From Anthoceros angustus (taxonomy: Eukaryota > Plantae > Anthocerotophyta): a stretch of DNA of 64,000 nt. The DNA is taken from assembly GCA_010909165.1 (NCBI GenBank), contig VJWM01000063.1, positions 186,001-250,000 of the forward strand, in the 5' to 3' direction. This document shows, piece after piece, positions 1 to 12,971 of the stretch. Numbering within the stretch: position 1 is the first letter of the stretch; each line of letters begins with the position of its first letter. The notes beneath the pieces are model-generated. The model was not told the origin of the DNA. It saw nothing but the letters and a program-made list of their open reading frames with translations, and did no database searches. A program made the position numbers and the translations under genes.

Positions 1-920
1 CTCAACTAAATCCCTAGCTTTAATACAAAAGAAACAAAGACAATTTGGGGCAGACTGTTATGGGATATGGTAATTTCATTCTATAATGCCTTTTAGGAGG
101 AATTTTCTTCCATATTACCTTGGTGTGGATGGGGCCACCACATCTCTACATGTTAAGTAAAGATTAAGAGTAGTATTTTCCATTATATTTAAATTTTTGA
201 TAAAAGATTTAAATAAGTTTCAAAAGAAATAATCTCTAAGTATAAAGGTTATTTTCATGGTCTTGCTTGAATCCTTTGATCCTAGAAGTTTCGTGAAAGC
301 AAATTGGGCATGGGGTACATAATAAGTCTTGTGTCCCTTAGCTTTTTTATTTTTATCAATCATACAATGATTTTTTAATTTGGTATATTAAATCGGAAGA
401 AAGGGGGGAATCTTTTAGCAAGGGTTCTGATAATCACCCAATTAGCTTTGCACTTTTAGTTCAGATTGGACGAACCTTAAACTCGATAAAACGAGCTTTG
501 AACTGGCAAGGTCCTCTGACCGGTCCACTGGTCATTGAGAAAAGCGAAAGAGCTCGAACGCTGTAAACAAGGAAAACGACTCCCGTATCCCAACGAAGGA
601 GTTATGTGGAGGGGTGAAAGGGTCGGATAGACGACCGGACGGCGCAAGGGCGGCGACCGGGGCGGTGGAGAAGAGACGGGCCCCCGTGGACAGGAGGGCG
701 CGCCAGCGGCGTTGGCGGAGCACACCAGCCTGGAAAAATCGGCACTGGCCGTGCGAGCCGCACCTGCGTGTTGTTTGTTGCCTGCCAAGCTTAACAGCAC
801 GTTCATCTCAGGCTCATCCTCCAGCTGCTGTTGCCGTTGCCGCACTGGCCGCACAGAGCTGAGCTGCTCCAAGGGCAGCTTCATCGGCCCGCCGGCGGAT
901 GCAATGCCACTTCCACCGTC

Positions 921-3900
921 ATGCAACTCGCCATGAGACGTCTTCTAGCGCCAGACCGAGAGCGAGACGTCTACAAGCGAGACGGTTGTAAGCGCGCACA
1001 GCCCGCCTGTGTCGACCTGCTCTACACTCCCCGTACTACTGTGAAGCAGGCTCCTGATGAGGAGGAGCAATTCGACACGCAATTACCTCCTCCCTCTAGG
1101 TGCGTTGGTTCCACCACTTGCTTGTACATGTGCCATTGATCCGACCATAACTGCTTAGTACCGTTGGCCGCTGTCTTTCTGTACTGGGAGCTTTCTGTCC
1201 TGGGAGCCGGATCCAGATCCTTGTGGCCGGCTGGTGGAGCGGCCTGTCCTCACTTCCCTCACCAGTCCTGTGCTGATGCTCCGAATGCTGGCCCGCCGCA
1301 GTTGCAGCGCTGCAGCTGCTCAATTCTGGTGCAGATCGTGTTCGAGCTGCTTCTAGCTTGCTCTGAGCCTCTTTCGCCTTGCCGTGTGGTCATGACGGTA
1401 TGTGGCTGCAGCTCGTCCGTGTCCAAAGTGAGGGAGCCGTGTTTGGAACCCTACTTCAAGCCGGTGGATTATGTTGAGACGCTTGCAAAGATCCATGAGA
1501 AGCTGGAGACCGCGTCCGACCAGGAGAAGGCGTCGCTGTACCTAGAGCAGTCGTTTGTGTTCAGGGGGTTGGGGGAAACCAAGCTGCTGAGGCGGAGCTT
1601 GCGATTCGCCTGCCAGCATGCCGTTACGGACCATGAGAGGCTGGTGTACGAGGCTTGGCTCAAGTATGAGAAGCGGGGGGAGGAGCTGGAAGATGAGAGA
1701 GCATCGTCCTGTTGCGGTGGCCCCAATTTGGAGAGCTCCGCTCCTGCGCCGGAGTCGGAGTCGGAGCTTGACCTCTGGCTCAATGTGTCTTTTGAGTATC
1801 TTCTCTCTTTTGAAGATCTTCCCTGCCGGAGCCCGATCGAAAATGAAAAAGAGCATCAGCAGGAGCTCAATGTTTTGGATCTTCTTTATTGGCCATGCCG
1901 GAGCTACTCGGAAGATGATGATCTACAGCAGCAGCAGCAGCCTGACAAGTGCTCCACTTCTTCCCCGTCAAGTTGCTCTGTGGAGAATGACCTAGTGTTT
2001 CACCTCTATGGTGAGGAGGTGGAGTGCAATCGCCAAAAGATTGCCTCTCTGTCACTCCCCTTCCATGCCATGCTCAACGGCTGCTTTACAGAAGCGCGTA
2101 AGAAATCCATCGACTTTTCTGACAATGGCATCTCGGTAGCAGGCATGAAAGCGGTGGATGAGTTTAGCAAGACAGGAATCTTGCCAGGCCTTCCTCCTCC
2201 TCTCCTGCTTGAGCTGTTGCAGTTCGCTAGCAGGTTTTGCTGTGAAGCCCTCAAGGATGCATGCGATGAGAGGATAGCAGTTTTGATCCAGGATGTGTAT
2301 TATGCTCACATTTTTTTTTACTATGGTTTGGAGGAAAGTGCCCAAGCTTTGGTAGCTGCATGCTTGCAGGTGTTCCTGCAGGACCTCCCTGGCTCCTTAG
2401 CTGATCCACAATTCGTTGATCTGCTTGCTAGCGAGGATGTCAGGAAAAGGTTGATGAATGTGGGACAGTCATCATTCGCTTTCTATGCACTTTTGAGTCA
2501 TGCTGCCTTGGAAGAGAACATGGTGTCAGATCTAGCATTACTTCTACTGCGGTGCTCGCTGGAATTCGCTGTCACTGAGCGGCAGAAGGCATTTGCGTTT
2601 CACCAGCTTGGGTGTGTCCTGCTTGCTAGGAAGCAGTATACTGAAGCCCGGGACATGTTCCAAGGAGCTGTTCAGGAAGGACACACATATTCTCAGGCAG
2701 GTCTGGCCAGATTGAAGTGCCAATGGGGTCAGAGGTCTGAGGCTCACAAGGAGATCACCAGTATCATTTCCACTCACAAGCCAGAAGGCTGGATGTACCA
2801 GGAGCGGTCTCTGTACTGTCATGGCAAGGAAAAGATGATGGACTTGAAGAAAGCTACAGAGCTTGACCCAACCTTGACATTTCCGTATAAGTATAGAGCT
2901 GCTGCGTTCATGGATGAACAGAACTTGACAGCTGCTATTGCTGAGGTCAACCAAATTTTGAGTTTTAAGGTCACTCCCGACTGCTTGGAGATGAGAGTTT
3001 ATTGTTGCCTGGCCCTCCAAGATTACCAAGGAGCGGTTAGGGATGTTCGTGCTTTGCTGACACTAGAGCCATCGTACATGATGTATTCCGGTCGAGTGGG
3101 TGCAGTGCAATTACTCACCTTGCTCAATCAACATGTGGAGAGTTGGACCAAAGCTGATTGCTGGTTTCAGCTCTACGACCGATGGTCGTCTGTGGATGAC
3201 ATTGGTTCTCTGGCTGTAGTCCACCAAATGCTGGAGTCTGATCCAAGGAAGGGCCTTCTCTTCTTTCGTCAATCTCTGCTTCTCCTCCGGTGAGCGATTA
3301 TGCTGAATAGCATTGGATGCTGTCAGTTTCGTGTGTCTGCTGGATCATCCTATGTAGTGTTCCCGTCATTTTCTGCGCCCACTGCTGGGAGCCGAAATCA
3401 CGGTCAGAGTACTGATGCGAGGAGAACGTTGCCCATTGGGAATTTGTACGCTGAATGTCAGATGACACCTGTGTCCATGTGCATCTACAGGTTGAACTGT
3501 CCCAAAGCGGCTATGCGAAGTCTTCGACTAGCTCGGGAGTATGCCAGCAGTAAGAGTGAAAGGCTTGTCTATGAAGGATGGATCCTTTATGATACTGGTC
3601 ACCGGGAGGAAGCTCTGAAAAAGGCAGAGGAGTCTATCTCTATACAGCGGTCATTTGAGGCCTTCTTTCTGAAGGCGTATGCACTAGCTGATACCAGTCT
3701 CGACCCTGAGTCTTCTGCAAAAGTAGTGGAACTCCTAGAGGATGCACTTAAATGTCCATCTGATGGCTTGCGCAAGGGGCAGGTAATCTGAGTTGCAATG
3801 AGCTTGCTTGGGAGATATAGTAGCACTTCTCTTATTTTGGCTTTTCCCTGTTGCAGGCACTGAACAACTTGGGCAGTGTATATGTCGATTGCTTGGAATA

Positions 3901-4514
3901 TAGACTGGCTGCCGATTGCTACATGAGTGCTTTGGAAATTCGCCACACGCGTGCACATCAGGGACTAGCTCGTGTGCATTTCTTGGAAGGCAACAAGGAG
4001 TCTGCTCATGAAGAAATGACAAAGCTCATTGAGAAGGCACAAAATAATGCATCAGCGTATGAGAAACGATCGGAGTACTGTGATCGGGATATGACCATGG
4101 CTGATCTCAAAGTTGTGACGGAATTGGACCCTTTGCGAACCTATCCTTACAGGTTTCGTGCCGCAGGTTGGTGACCAGTACTTCTTCTGTTCCAATCTCA
4201 CATTCTTTTCGTTGTTGCTTGTCTGCAACTTGTGAGCCCTGTTTACTTGCAGATCCAGCCTGTTCTTATGGTTCAGCGTTGCATGATTTGCAGTTTTGAT
4301 GGATAGCCAGAAGGAAAAGGATGCCATTGCAGAGCTATCCAGAGCCATCGCTTTCAAAGCTGACTTGCAATTACTACATCTTCGAGCTGCCTTTCATGAG
4401 TGCATTGGTGACATCAAAGGTGCAATACGAGATTGTCGAGCAGCACTGTCGGTTGATCCAAATCATTTTGATACGCTCCAGCTGCACAGCCGAGTGCATA
4501 GCCGGGAGCCATAG
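921..4514 (+). CDS. ETO1: Ethylene-overproduction protein 1 family (BTB + TPR E3 ligase adaptor). Inferred exons: 921-1099, 1412-3289, 3491-3782, 3857-4166, 4294-4514
   Basis: Contains ETO1/EOL-like motifs (YLEQ..VFRG...KLLRRSLR.A.QHA, WLKYEKR..EL, BTB CNRQKIASLS.PF.AMLNG.F.E, LRKGQALNNLGSVYVDC, TRAHQGLARVH). GT-AG junctions join the track ORFs in frame. ATG at 921 or 933. Confidence 0.93.
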
Positions 4515-4993
4515 GTATTAACCTTATGGGCGGGACCAAATTATGGTCCTTTTGCACAGCCCTGGGAAATAGGTTGTGCAGGACCAAGTTTGTTCCAGCC
4601 CATAACGGGCAGAGCTGGTATGGCTTTCCTTATTTGTCAGGATAGAATTGACGGGCTTGTTGATTTGTCCACTTCTCTTCAATAATCGATCCTTCGCGTC
4701 GGTTTTACGAAACCAGAGTGTCGCAAGTTGGATACTGGGCTCCTTCGGTCCAGAGCAACTCACACTCCGGCTCGTGAAACTCACTGCAGTTCCGAGTAGA
4801 CAGCGAGACCAATATGTACTTAGGTGTCAGCTTCTGAACTGAGCAGTAGATGCTGCTGACAAATGTCTGGTCTTGGTGCCCTCTTTTTTCGTTCCGGAGC
4901 TCAGCATAGGTGTGAACTCTCAACCTGTGTTTATCTAGCTCGTTTCGTTGGAACCACCCCGCCCGCACCTAGCCTACTCTACCGAGAGGGGGG

Positions 4994-6260
4994 ATGGGAG
5001 GAGGAGGAGGAGCAAGACTGGTGAGCGCAGCGCTCCAGCAGCTGTTGGACGATCTGGCTCGGAATGCGTTGCAGATGCTCTCCGAGTTGCGCTTTGTAGA
5101 CGGCGGCTATTTCAGACCACTTCGTCCGCTCAATATCGATGAGCCTCAGGGGAGGAAATTGGCGATGAGCCTCGGGGGAGGAAATTGGTGCGTTTTCGTT
5201 TTGCTGGGAAGCGTAGGACGGCGGAGGAGGAGGAAGTGTTGATTCTGCTGCGGGTCCAGGTTTTGGAAGGCCCCTGAGGAAGCTTTCGTGGCTCTGGGTC
5301 AGCTTGTTGCATGCAGTCGCAGCCTACGGCAACTTTCGCTGCGTGGGGTCGGGCTGAAGGTTGCGGGACTGGGGGTGCCTTGGCGGAAGAGCCTTCGACG
5401 GGGACTCTGTCCTGGAGGAATTGGACTGGAGCGAGAATAAGGTGGGAGATGCTGGAGGGGCACAAGCAGCTGGCTCTCATCCTGGCCACTGCTCCCAAAC
5501 TCAGGCATCCATATATGGGCCTCAAGGAGATTGGCACGGATGTGGTGGGTGCGGAGGTGATTGCAACTGCCCTTCCGCGCTGTGTCAGGCGTGCTTCGGT
5601 TGCGAGGAATAGCTCCTGGCTATCCCGGCTATGGCAAAGTGGAGGATTCCAGCTCCAGCGTCCTCGGGCCTGTGAGCACTCTGCTCAGACTCGCTCTCAC
5701 CAAGGCCGATGAGAATGGCTCAGTTCCTGCAGCTGGGCCAGCATCACAGCGCTTGAATTGAAGGTCGCGGAGGAGGATGGGGAGGCAGACATGGCAGACG
5801 CCCTCGTCGGAATGCTGGGCACTAACGACTGTGAACAGCGGCTTTGGACCACCCACGCAAGCGATTCTTGGCACGCAATCCTACACAAGAGGCTTAGTGG
5901 CCTCTGCTCCTGGCCGGGCAGGAGCCTAAGATGCCCAAGGCTGGGCGCCTCTTCGTGTGCGGTCCAAGAGGCGCCCAGCCTTCGCTGCGGCCCAGCCTTC
6001 GCTGCGGCCCAGCCTTCGGTGCGGTGCTGCTTTCGCAAATAATTGTGGGCATGGAAGGGGACAGATCTGGAGGAGCAGCAGACAGAGGGCGACTTGAAGT
6101 TCTCCTCAAGACCTGGACATCAAAGAGACGAGATTGATGACCAGCGCTGGTTGAATCTGGACAGTCTGATACACACACAGTTCGTTCCGAAACAATTCTT
6201 GGCCTCCCTCCGACCGGCCGATGTCCGTGCACCCAGGACCCCTACTTTTCTACTTATGTA
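4994..6260 (+). pseudogene. Fragmented RNI-like LRR gene remnant, possibly TORNADO1/ROCO-like
   Basis: LRR-like pieces in different frames (SVLEELDWSENKVGDAG; LALILATAPKLRHPYMGLKEIG..GAEVIATAL), then RLFVCGPRGA, which resembles the start of a P-loop strand. Multiple frameshifts. Confidence 0.4.
5974..6024. repeat. 17-bp tandem repeat, 3 copies (CCCAGCCTTCGCTGCGG)
   Basis: Copies start at 5974, 5991 and 6008. Confidence 0.9.
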
Positions 6261-6332
6261 GACATGTCATGAGCAACTCGTCGCCAGATGCGAAACCCAC
6301 TGGTGTGGCCAAGTATGCTCTCAAGTAACAAG

Positions 6333-9147
6333 TCACGCGGCCTGACTTTGGACACATGTGGTTAATCTTAGCTGCATGGTCACAGCTGAAAGGCCTTGGA
6401 CATTTTGCAACAAAGCCTGTTCTGCATCGTGTGCATACGCCATGGCTTCCCTGGATCAGGCAACATCAAGATAACGTAAGAACTCAGCATATGCACAATT
6501 GCAGCACACACAGCCAACAAACTCCAGAAAGCAGGATTACTTAATGCAGAGTTTCGGGTCCATTGAGAGATCCACTTCGACTACCACCCGGCCCAGCAGA
6601 AAGTGGCATCTCACATGCTCCACTCTGAAGGTCTGCTTGTCACACGCAAGGCATTGCTGTGAATTTTTATGTCAATGTGACTGAATAAAAACGTTCACAA
6701 ATTTAAAATTGGCATCCCCCGATCATGTACCTCCTGAAATCTGGCACCAAGGACATCCCGGACATTCTTCTCCACTTCTGGCTGCTGCTGCACATTGCTA
6801 TCATCGGTGCATAAAACTTGTGCAAGATTAGCGCACTTATTTGGCATTGAACCTGTGCCACTGTCACCCAGTGCCCGGTGACTGGCCCTGTCCGCGTGCA
6901 GACTCAACTTGCCAGCAGCAGCTGCCATTGCCATTGGAGCAGGTTCTGCCAGCGAAAAAGGAAGTTCCATGGTTTCAAAAACCAAGCCTCTAACCAACAC
7001 TGTGTAGCAGAAAGCACAAGGGCAAGGGCTCACCTATGTGAATGTAACATTCTGTTATATTATGGACTGCTGTTTGAAGCTGACGGCGGACTGCTTCCCC
7101 AATGCCATGAGCCGCACTTACACTGAGCCAGGGGTTTACCTGTCACGAAGCAAGTCTGAAGCATGTTCCATAACGAGAATTCTGAGACAGAAACCAGCTC
7201 TAAATATCGAAGTATCAGTGAGATACCTCAATATGGACATCCAGATGCAGCGAAGATCCCATTCTTCGTCCTCTTAGGTCATGGCAACCCTGCCAGAACA
7301 GGCACTGTGTTAATCGTCTTGCCTGAACAGCCGGTACTGACAAAAGCACAGAATAACACCTACTACAGTTGAAAAACACCGCTGACAAGTGCCCAACTGC
7401 CAACAGAGAGAAATGTCCGGAATAGCCAGCAGTTTTGAGGGAAGACAAATTCTTCACACCATACATATCAAAGCTAGTGTCCTTATCAAGTTATGGGCCA
7501 TTATCAGAAAGGTAGCTACCATAACACCCTCAACGCTGAGTACAATGTCTCGAATAGGAGAGAGAACACTTTCTGGCACTCCCTTGTCCACCAACTCCTG
7601 CAAACTGCAAGGGCAAGTACAGACGAGGCATGTCACTGCTCTGCAGAAAACAGAGTTCAATTCAATCCGAACGATAAGAAAGTAGGCCACAATCAAAAGT
7701 AGGAGTGAGCGAGCTGTTGAGCATAGCCAAAGCCAGTTAGCTGCCGCCAATTCACTGCTACTAATGAAGTTAGCACGAACCTTTGGTAGCCGCATTGGAG
7801 ACCAGCCTTGACAATCATTCCTGAGACAAGAAGCCCAGCGAGAGGATCCAGAAACGGCACCCCAAGAATTGAGCCTCCTGAAGCAATTAGCAGAATCAAC
7901 CGATATCAGGGCAAACCAGGGCCATCACCGAGGGAGACGGAATTCACACAGAAGCGGCGCAGATAGGAAGGCTCACCTACACCCACAAGCGCAACCAGCG
8001 AGGAGACTGCATCGCTGCGATGATGCCACGCATTCGCCTTCAGAAGTTGACTTCCAGTTGTCTCACCAGCATGTTTCGTGAGCCAATATAACCTGCATTG
8101 GGCCAGAAGATACAACCCACCCAGAACTTGATGAGCCTCACATGATGAAAACCCCCCTCAGCATTTGGGAAAAACACATATCGCCCAACATACGCACCCT
8201 TCTTTGACACCGATGGAGACGATTGCAGCACTGAGCGCTACAGCTTGATGCTCCATGTCCACACCATGATGATGCCCTCCATGCCCATGGTGAAAGTGCT
8301 GGGTCGCTGCCTCCAGCACAGCATCCGGCTCCAGGGAAGCCACGGACGGTAACAAGACCTGTGCAGAGACACCTGAGCCCAACCAAGCATGCAAGCCAGG
8401 CCGAAGTGCGGGACCACTAAGCAAGCACCAGAAAGCAGAGCCTTACGTTCTAACTCCCAGTCTGCTTGCCAGCTGATTCTGCTAACAAACTTGGGCAAGG
8501 GCAACAGGGCTCCGGCGAAAGGGAGACGGCAGGTCACTTGCCTGCAACACCTCAATTGCATGCCACGCGATTCCCCCACCAGTAACCAACAGCATTCCGG
8601 AGATGCCCAGGGCTCCAATGGTCTCAAACTTCCCGTGCCCTGCAGGCAGTCCAGCATTCAGATAGGCTGCACATTCCTGACAGGCAAGCTCAATCAGCAA
8701 AGTAGGTGTCACCCACCATATGGATGCTCAGGATCTTTTGGTGCTCTTGCTGCCTTGAGAGACCACAGCGCAATTCCGCTCAGCACCTGCACGAGCAGAA
8801 GCCGCCCATCACTTCCCTGGACACTCTCACACTTGTAAGAATCTTCCTCCCAGTTGCAAACTCACCACATCGGACAGGGAGTGGGCAGCATCAGCAAGAA
8901 TGGCAGTGCTCCCGGAGATAGCACCAGCTCCGCCCTTGCCAATTGTGAGCGCGATGTCAGACCAGAGACCCCACCGCGTCACACGATCGGCAGCGGCGGA
9001 AGAGGAGGAGTCTGCGGAGCCTGGCGGGTGGTGATCCGCATGGGAGTGGCCCATGTGGGTGCGCACCGGGATCAATCCGGTGCCGGGGAAGAACGTAGTC
9101 GGAAGTCGCCGCAGCTCCCGAGGCCGCAGCCGCAGCCAGGCGGCCAT
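6333..9147 (-). CDS. MTP6: Cation diffusion facilitator, metal tolerance protein C1/MTP6-like (multi-exon, organelle-type N-terminus)
   Basis: Motifs HMGHSH, GSTAILADAAHSLSDV, HPYGHGKFETIGALGIS, ANAWHHRSDAVSSLVAL, FLDPLAGLLVS, LRGRRMGSSLHLDVHIEV. The last exon ends ...MQLRLTTCVQSQAA*. One GC-AG intron (donor at 8541). Confidence 0.9.
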
Positions 9148-9363
9148 GATCCTAGAGCAACCATGAAAAATGGCCACCTATCTACCGTACCCCAGGCTTC
9201 CCAAATCCCAGCATTTACTGTACATTGCTCAGCCAGAATGCACGTCCCCCTCTGCCGATTACGGCAGAGCAGAAATCGGGTCCGGATCCACCGCCTCTCA
9301 ACCTTTGTTGCTCGCTCGAGATGCAGACAGGAAGTGAAGTTGTCAAACCCCCCAGCGTGAACA

Positions 9364-11641
9364 TCAACATCCGCTACAGTCTCGAGCAAACACCAGCACG
9401 TAGGCCTGCAGCTCTCGATCGACAGGAACATGCGAGTGGAACAGTTTCTGAACTTGCTTGTAGCAATGCTTCTCCAGAAAGGGCTTCACTCGGGGAAGCA
9501 ATGGGTCAAACAGCACCACATGACTTGGCAGAAGGGACCTGGACTTCTCATCTCCCTCATACTGGGCGGACAGGAAGGCCAAAGGTTCGGACATGAACTG
9601 ATCTGCCTCGTCCACATACCCAGCCACATCGCTGCAAACCAACGCAAGCAAGGACGTTAGAGGCCGTGAAGGGACACATGACGGGGCCGTTGCAACGGCA
9701 TGAGCAAGTGCACTTGCCTGGGAGAGCAATCCAGAAATCGCATGGGCACGTTCTTGTGCAAGGAAGAATAGAAGGGTGTCGAGTGGCAGGGCATTAGAAA
9801 GAGGATGCTGTCGACATGGTTTCTTCGAGCCTCTGCCGCTAGGTACTCCATAACAGCCTCGGAACCTCTCTGCATCCACCACAGGTTTGTTACACAGCCC
9901 AGGTGCCTACGGCAGAAGTTCGTATCAGAGCAGCATGTGCCTAGATGCTTACCTGATGGACTAGAGAAGTATACAGGGCAACTGGGACATTCGTCAACAG
10001 TAAGCCCAAGGCGACCCATCTAGCTGGAGAGCAATGCAGGGTCTTGGAATGTCTCTTGGCTGGGGCATTCCCCACTGAATGATTGGCAGATCTGCCAAGC
10101 GGCTCCAGCATGGAGAGACCATAGCCAGCAAACAGCATGGCTAAGGGCAGGACGGGCAAAACAAACCTGAAACGGATGAAACGGTTAACACAACCTGACG
10201 TGTACAAACTTGTAGCCAAGTGCCTCTGCCTGCAGAATCACAAGACAGAAGGAAAGCATATGTCAACAGCATCGCACCTGAACTCCTTGTGCCCAAGAAT
10301 GCTGTAGAGGCAGAGTGTCCAAGCTATGAGGCCAGACAACACCCACTCTCTCGACCACCAAATTCCTGCTAGAGATACTGGTAGGAAGGAGAATGCCATG
10401 GTGGGAAAACCTTGCGAGAAGTACCAATGCCAGGGATGTGTTCCATAAAAGTCTCCACCAGACGACAAAATATTGAACTTCAGGAAGTTCCATGGCACAA
10501 AGGTCAGCCTCCCATACATCCAGCTGTCTAGACCACTTGTTACTCCAAGAGCGAGCAGCCTGCAAATTGTGGTGAAGACGCTGAGAAGGTAGACATTCAC
10601 AGCACAACTGTAGTGGCTGCATCATGCTTGACCTGTACATACCCTGTTGGCAGCACCTCCAGTAAGAGGAAGTGTAGCCTGTCTTTAGTTTCCACGAGAT
10701 GAATGGTGCCCAAGTAGAGCCAGATGATGGCACTTGTCGGGCGGATCACACAGGCCACAGCTGCTACTGCTAATGCCAGCCGACGATGCACGGACGACAT
10801 CCTGGCACCAGATCGCACAGAGGGTTCATTGCATGGAAGAGGCCAATAGTACAGAGCCACAACTGTCATCACAGTCTCCAGACTGTTTGAGAGGGTCCGA
10901 ACCATGCAGAAAAAGGTGAACCAATTTGTCAACTGGCAGAAAAGCTGTAGCAAGTCATGGATCCACATACAATCACAAGTCTGGAGCATGCATCCAAAGT
11001 TGAAGACCAAATTGATCCAGGATACCGCCCACTGGGCTGCACGCTTATTGAAAATGCGGCACCCTAGCTTAAACACATACAAATCCCCAAACGCAGCTGC
11101 CACAGCCTGAAGCAGACGAGGGCCATTTGTCTGCAGCACACGCAACCAGCTGTCCCTAGTCATAGATTGAACAGTGCAACTGGAAAGCAGGACTTGACAA
11201 GCTTCCTCACGGAATGAAGAAGAAGTACCATGAACCAGATGCTATCCAGCTTCGCTATCTGCAACAACTTGTACAATGCTGCAAAGAGCAGTGGATGAAG
11301 ATAAGAGCGTAGTCCTTGGCTCCACTCCCACGTCAGATGCCCGTACCTAAAACCCAAGTACGATAGAGCATGTAAGCAAGGGCAAATGCTGGTCAGGCAC
11401 GACTGGCATAATCCAGGTGAGAGTTTTACCCAAAGACGATGCGATGTGCCACTTCCAGGGCCTGCCACTGCTCGTCTGGATTGAAGTAAGTCCGCACCAG
11501 CAGGGCATTCATCAGGCGCAAAGCCAAGCATCCCAGCCATACAGACTTGCTATTCCACCCTCCTGGTCCCTGTAACTCATACGGCTCCTTTGGCTTCCAG
11601 TCTGCATCCACTTTCGTAGCACCACTCCATCTCCGCCGCAT
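9364..11641 (-). CDS. PIGB: GPI mannosyltransferase 3 (PIG-B/GPI10; multi-exon)
   Basis: Motifs NALLVRTYFNPDEQWQALEVAH, WEWSQGLRSYLHP, RTLSNSLET, IRPTSAIIW, THPWHWYFSQG, YSILGHKEFRF, HQRGSEAVMEYL, LMPCHSTPFYSSLH. One GC-AG intron (donor at 9717). Confidence 0.92.
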
Positions 11642-11880
11642 TTTTTAACACACGCCTTGCCACTGCAAGACTTCGCTTTAGTCACTGCTAAGACATATGT
11701 GCGGAGTACAAAAACGATTCGATATGCAACGACAAATAGCTTCTTCAATCAAGAGTGAGGTGCCAGCCATCGACCCCCGTAACTCCACCACGGGCGCTCT
11801 ACGTCTGAGCAACATCCGCTTTCCACGAGATTGAGACCATCTCGTGGTTCATGACAGATATTAAGATGAGATGTCATCTA

Positions 11881-12050
11881 CAATGCATCCCACCCAGACT
11901 GACATGCTTTCCCACTCACCCTGGTGGTCCCAGGAAGTCATACAGCTTCTTTGGCTTCCAGATTGCATGCTTTCCCACTCACCCTGTTGATCCAAGGAAG
12001 TCATACAGCTTCTTTGGCTTTCAATCTGGAATCTGCTTGGCGCCATCCAG
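11881..12050 (-). pseudogene. Diverged relic duplicate of part of PIG-B exon 1, itself tandemly doubled (about 61-bp unit)
   Basis: CCCTGGTGGTCCCAGGAAGTCATACAGCTTCTTTGGCTTCCAGATTGCAT aligns by eye with CCTCCTGGTCCCTGTAACTCATACGGCTCCTTTGGCTTCCAGTCTGCAT at about 11560-11608. Confidence 0.7.
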
Positions 12051-12099
12051 CATTGATCTCCGCGCACTTCGGTAAAATTCCCTAGCATAAACTTTAAAA

Positions 12100-12172
12100 T
12101 GGAGATGCGGGGTATCGATCCCCGTACCTCTCGCATGCTAAGCGAGCGCTCTACCATCTGAGCTACATCCCC
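12100..12172 (-). tRNA. trnA-AGC: tRNA-Ala(AGC)
   Basis: GGGGATGTAGCTCAGATGGTAGAGCGCTCGCTTAGCATGCGAGAGGTACGGGGATCGATACCCCGCATCTCCA folds as a canonical cloverleaf. A TTTT Pol III terminator follows immediately. Confidence 0.97.
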
Positions 12173-12237
12173 GCGATGTGCACACCATTCAAATTTTGTA
12201 ATATAACTAAATTAAATCTTTGGGAAATGAAAAAGAA

Positions 12238-12289
12238 AAGAAGAAGAATTTTTTTTAAGTCCATTAAGGACGGGTTTCCGTTATGGGAC
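12238..12289 (-). mobile_element. Short 3'-end fragment of a LINE/SINE-like family (stem-loop plus (TTC)n tail)
   Basis: Same end sequence as 12580-12640 and 19065-19122. Confidence 0.6.
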
Positions 12290-12579
12290 CGATTTGTCAT
12301 ACATACGAAGAAGTATAATGAAAAATTAATAGCTATTCTGAATATGGCCTGAGAACTAGTGATGTGAATCATTATGTAATGTCAGGTATATTGAACTCTT
12401 GAAAATGTTGAGTCCGCTTCTCCCACATTTGTTTTAGGCAAACACCTACAGAAATAGGATCAGGAAAAGAGAAAAAATGGTGAAGTGAAGATCGTGTTGT
12501 TGTAAATAGAGGGATAGAATTCCGCCGAATATCTTCATAGATGTGTTCCTATGTGTTCTTCAGTCTCTGCCCCTTGCAT

Positions 12580-12800
12580 AAGAAGAAGAAGAAGAATTTT
12601 ATTTAAGTCCACTAAGGACGGATTTCCGTCATGGGACTTGGTACTTAACAACTTGTACCATGGTGTGCCTAAGCTACTTGCACCAAGGGCATCCACTCCC
12701 TTTAGGCACCCCATCTAAGTACCGATCCAAGCTCAGGATGCTTAATCACGACGTTCTTATATACAGTGTGTCCAAATGGCCTAGGCCATTTGGACACACG
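12580..12800 (-). mobile_element. 5'-truncated copy of the same LINE/SINE-like family
   Basis: The reverse complement matches about 18810-19122. It ends GTCCCATGACGGAAATCCGTCCTTAGTGGACTTAAATAAAATTC(TTC)n: hairpin, AATAAA, microsatellite tail. Confidence 0.65.
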
Positions 12801-12971
12801 TACAGATAACCTGCAGATTCTGGACTCCTTTGGTGGCTTAGGACGTAGCCATCTATCTGTCTCAATCCTAAGACCATCTCAATCCTAAAACGGTAAAGAC
12901 CCGACACGAAGATGACCTATAATCATCCTTAAACACACATTTATAGGAACGTGGTTATAAAGCATCTGCGC

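Noticed and set aside
477-936. ORFs upstream of ETO1
   Set aside because: GC-rich 5' leader region with no domain signal; the short uATGs at 899 and 904 cannot be judged without a TSS.
1164-1411. N-terminal part of the 709-aa track ORF
   Set aside because: It starts at TTG inside inferred ETO1 intron 1; a GT-AG join from the 921-1099 exon gives an ETO1-like N-terminus.
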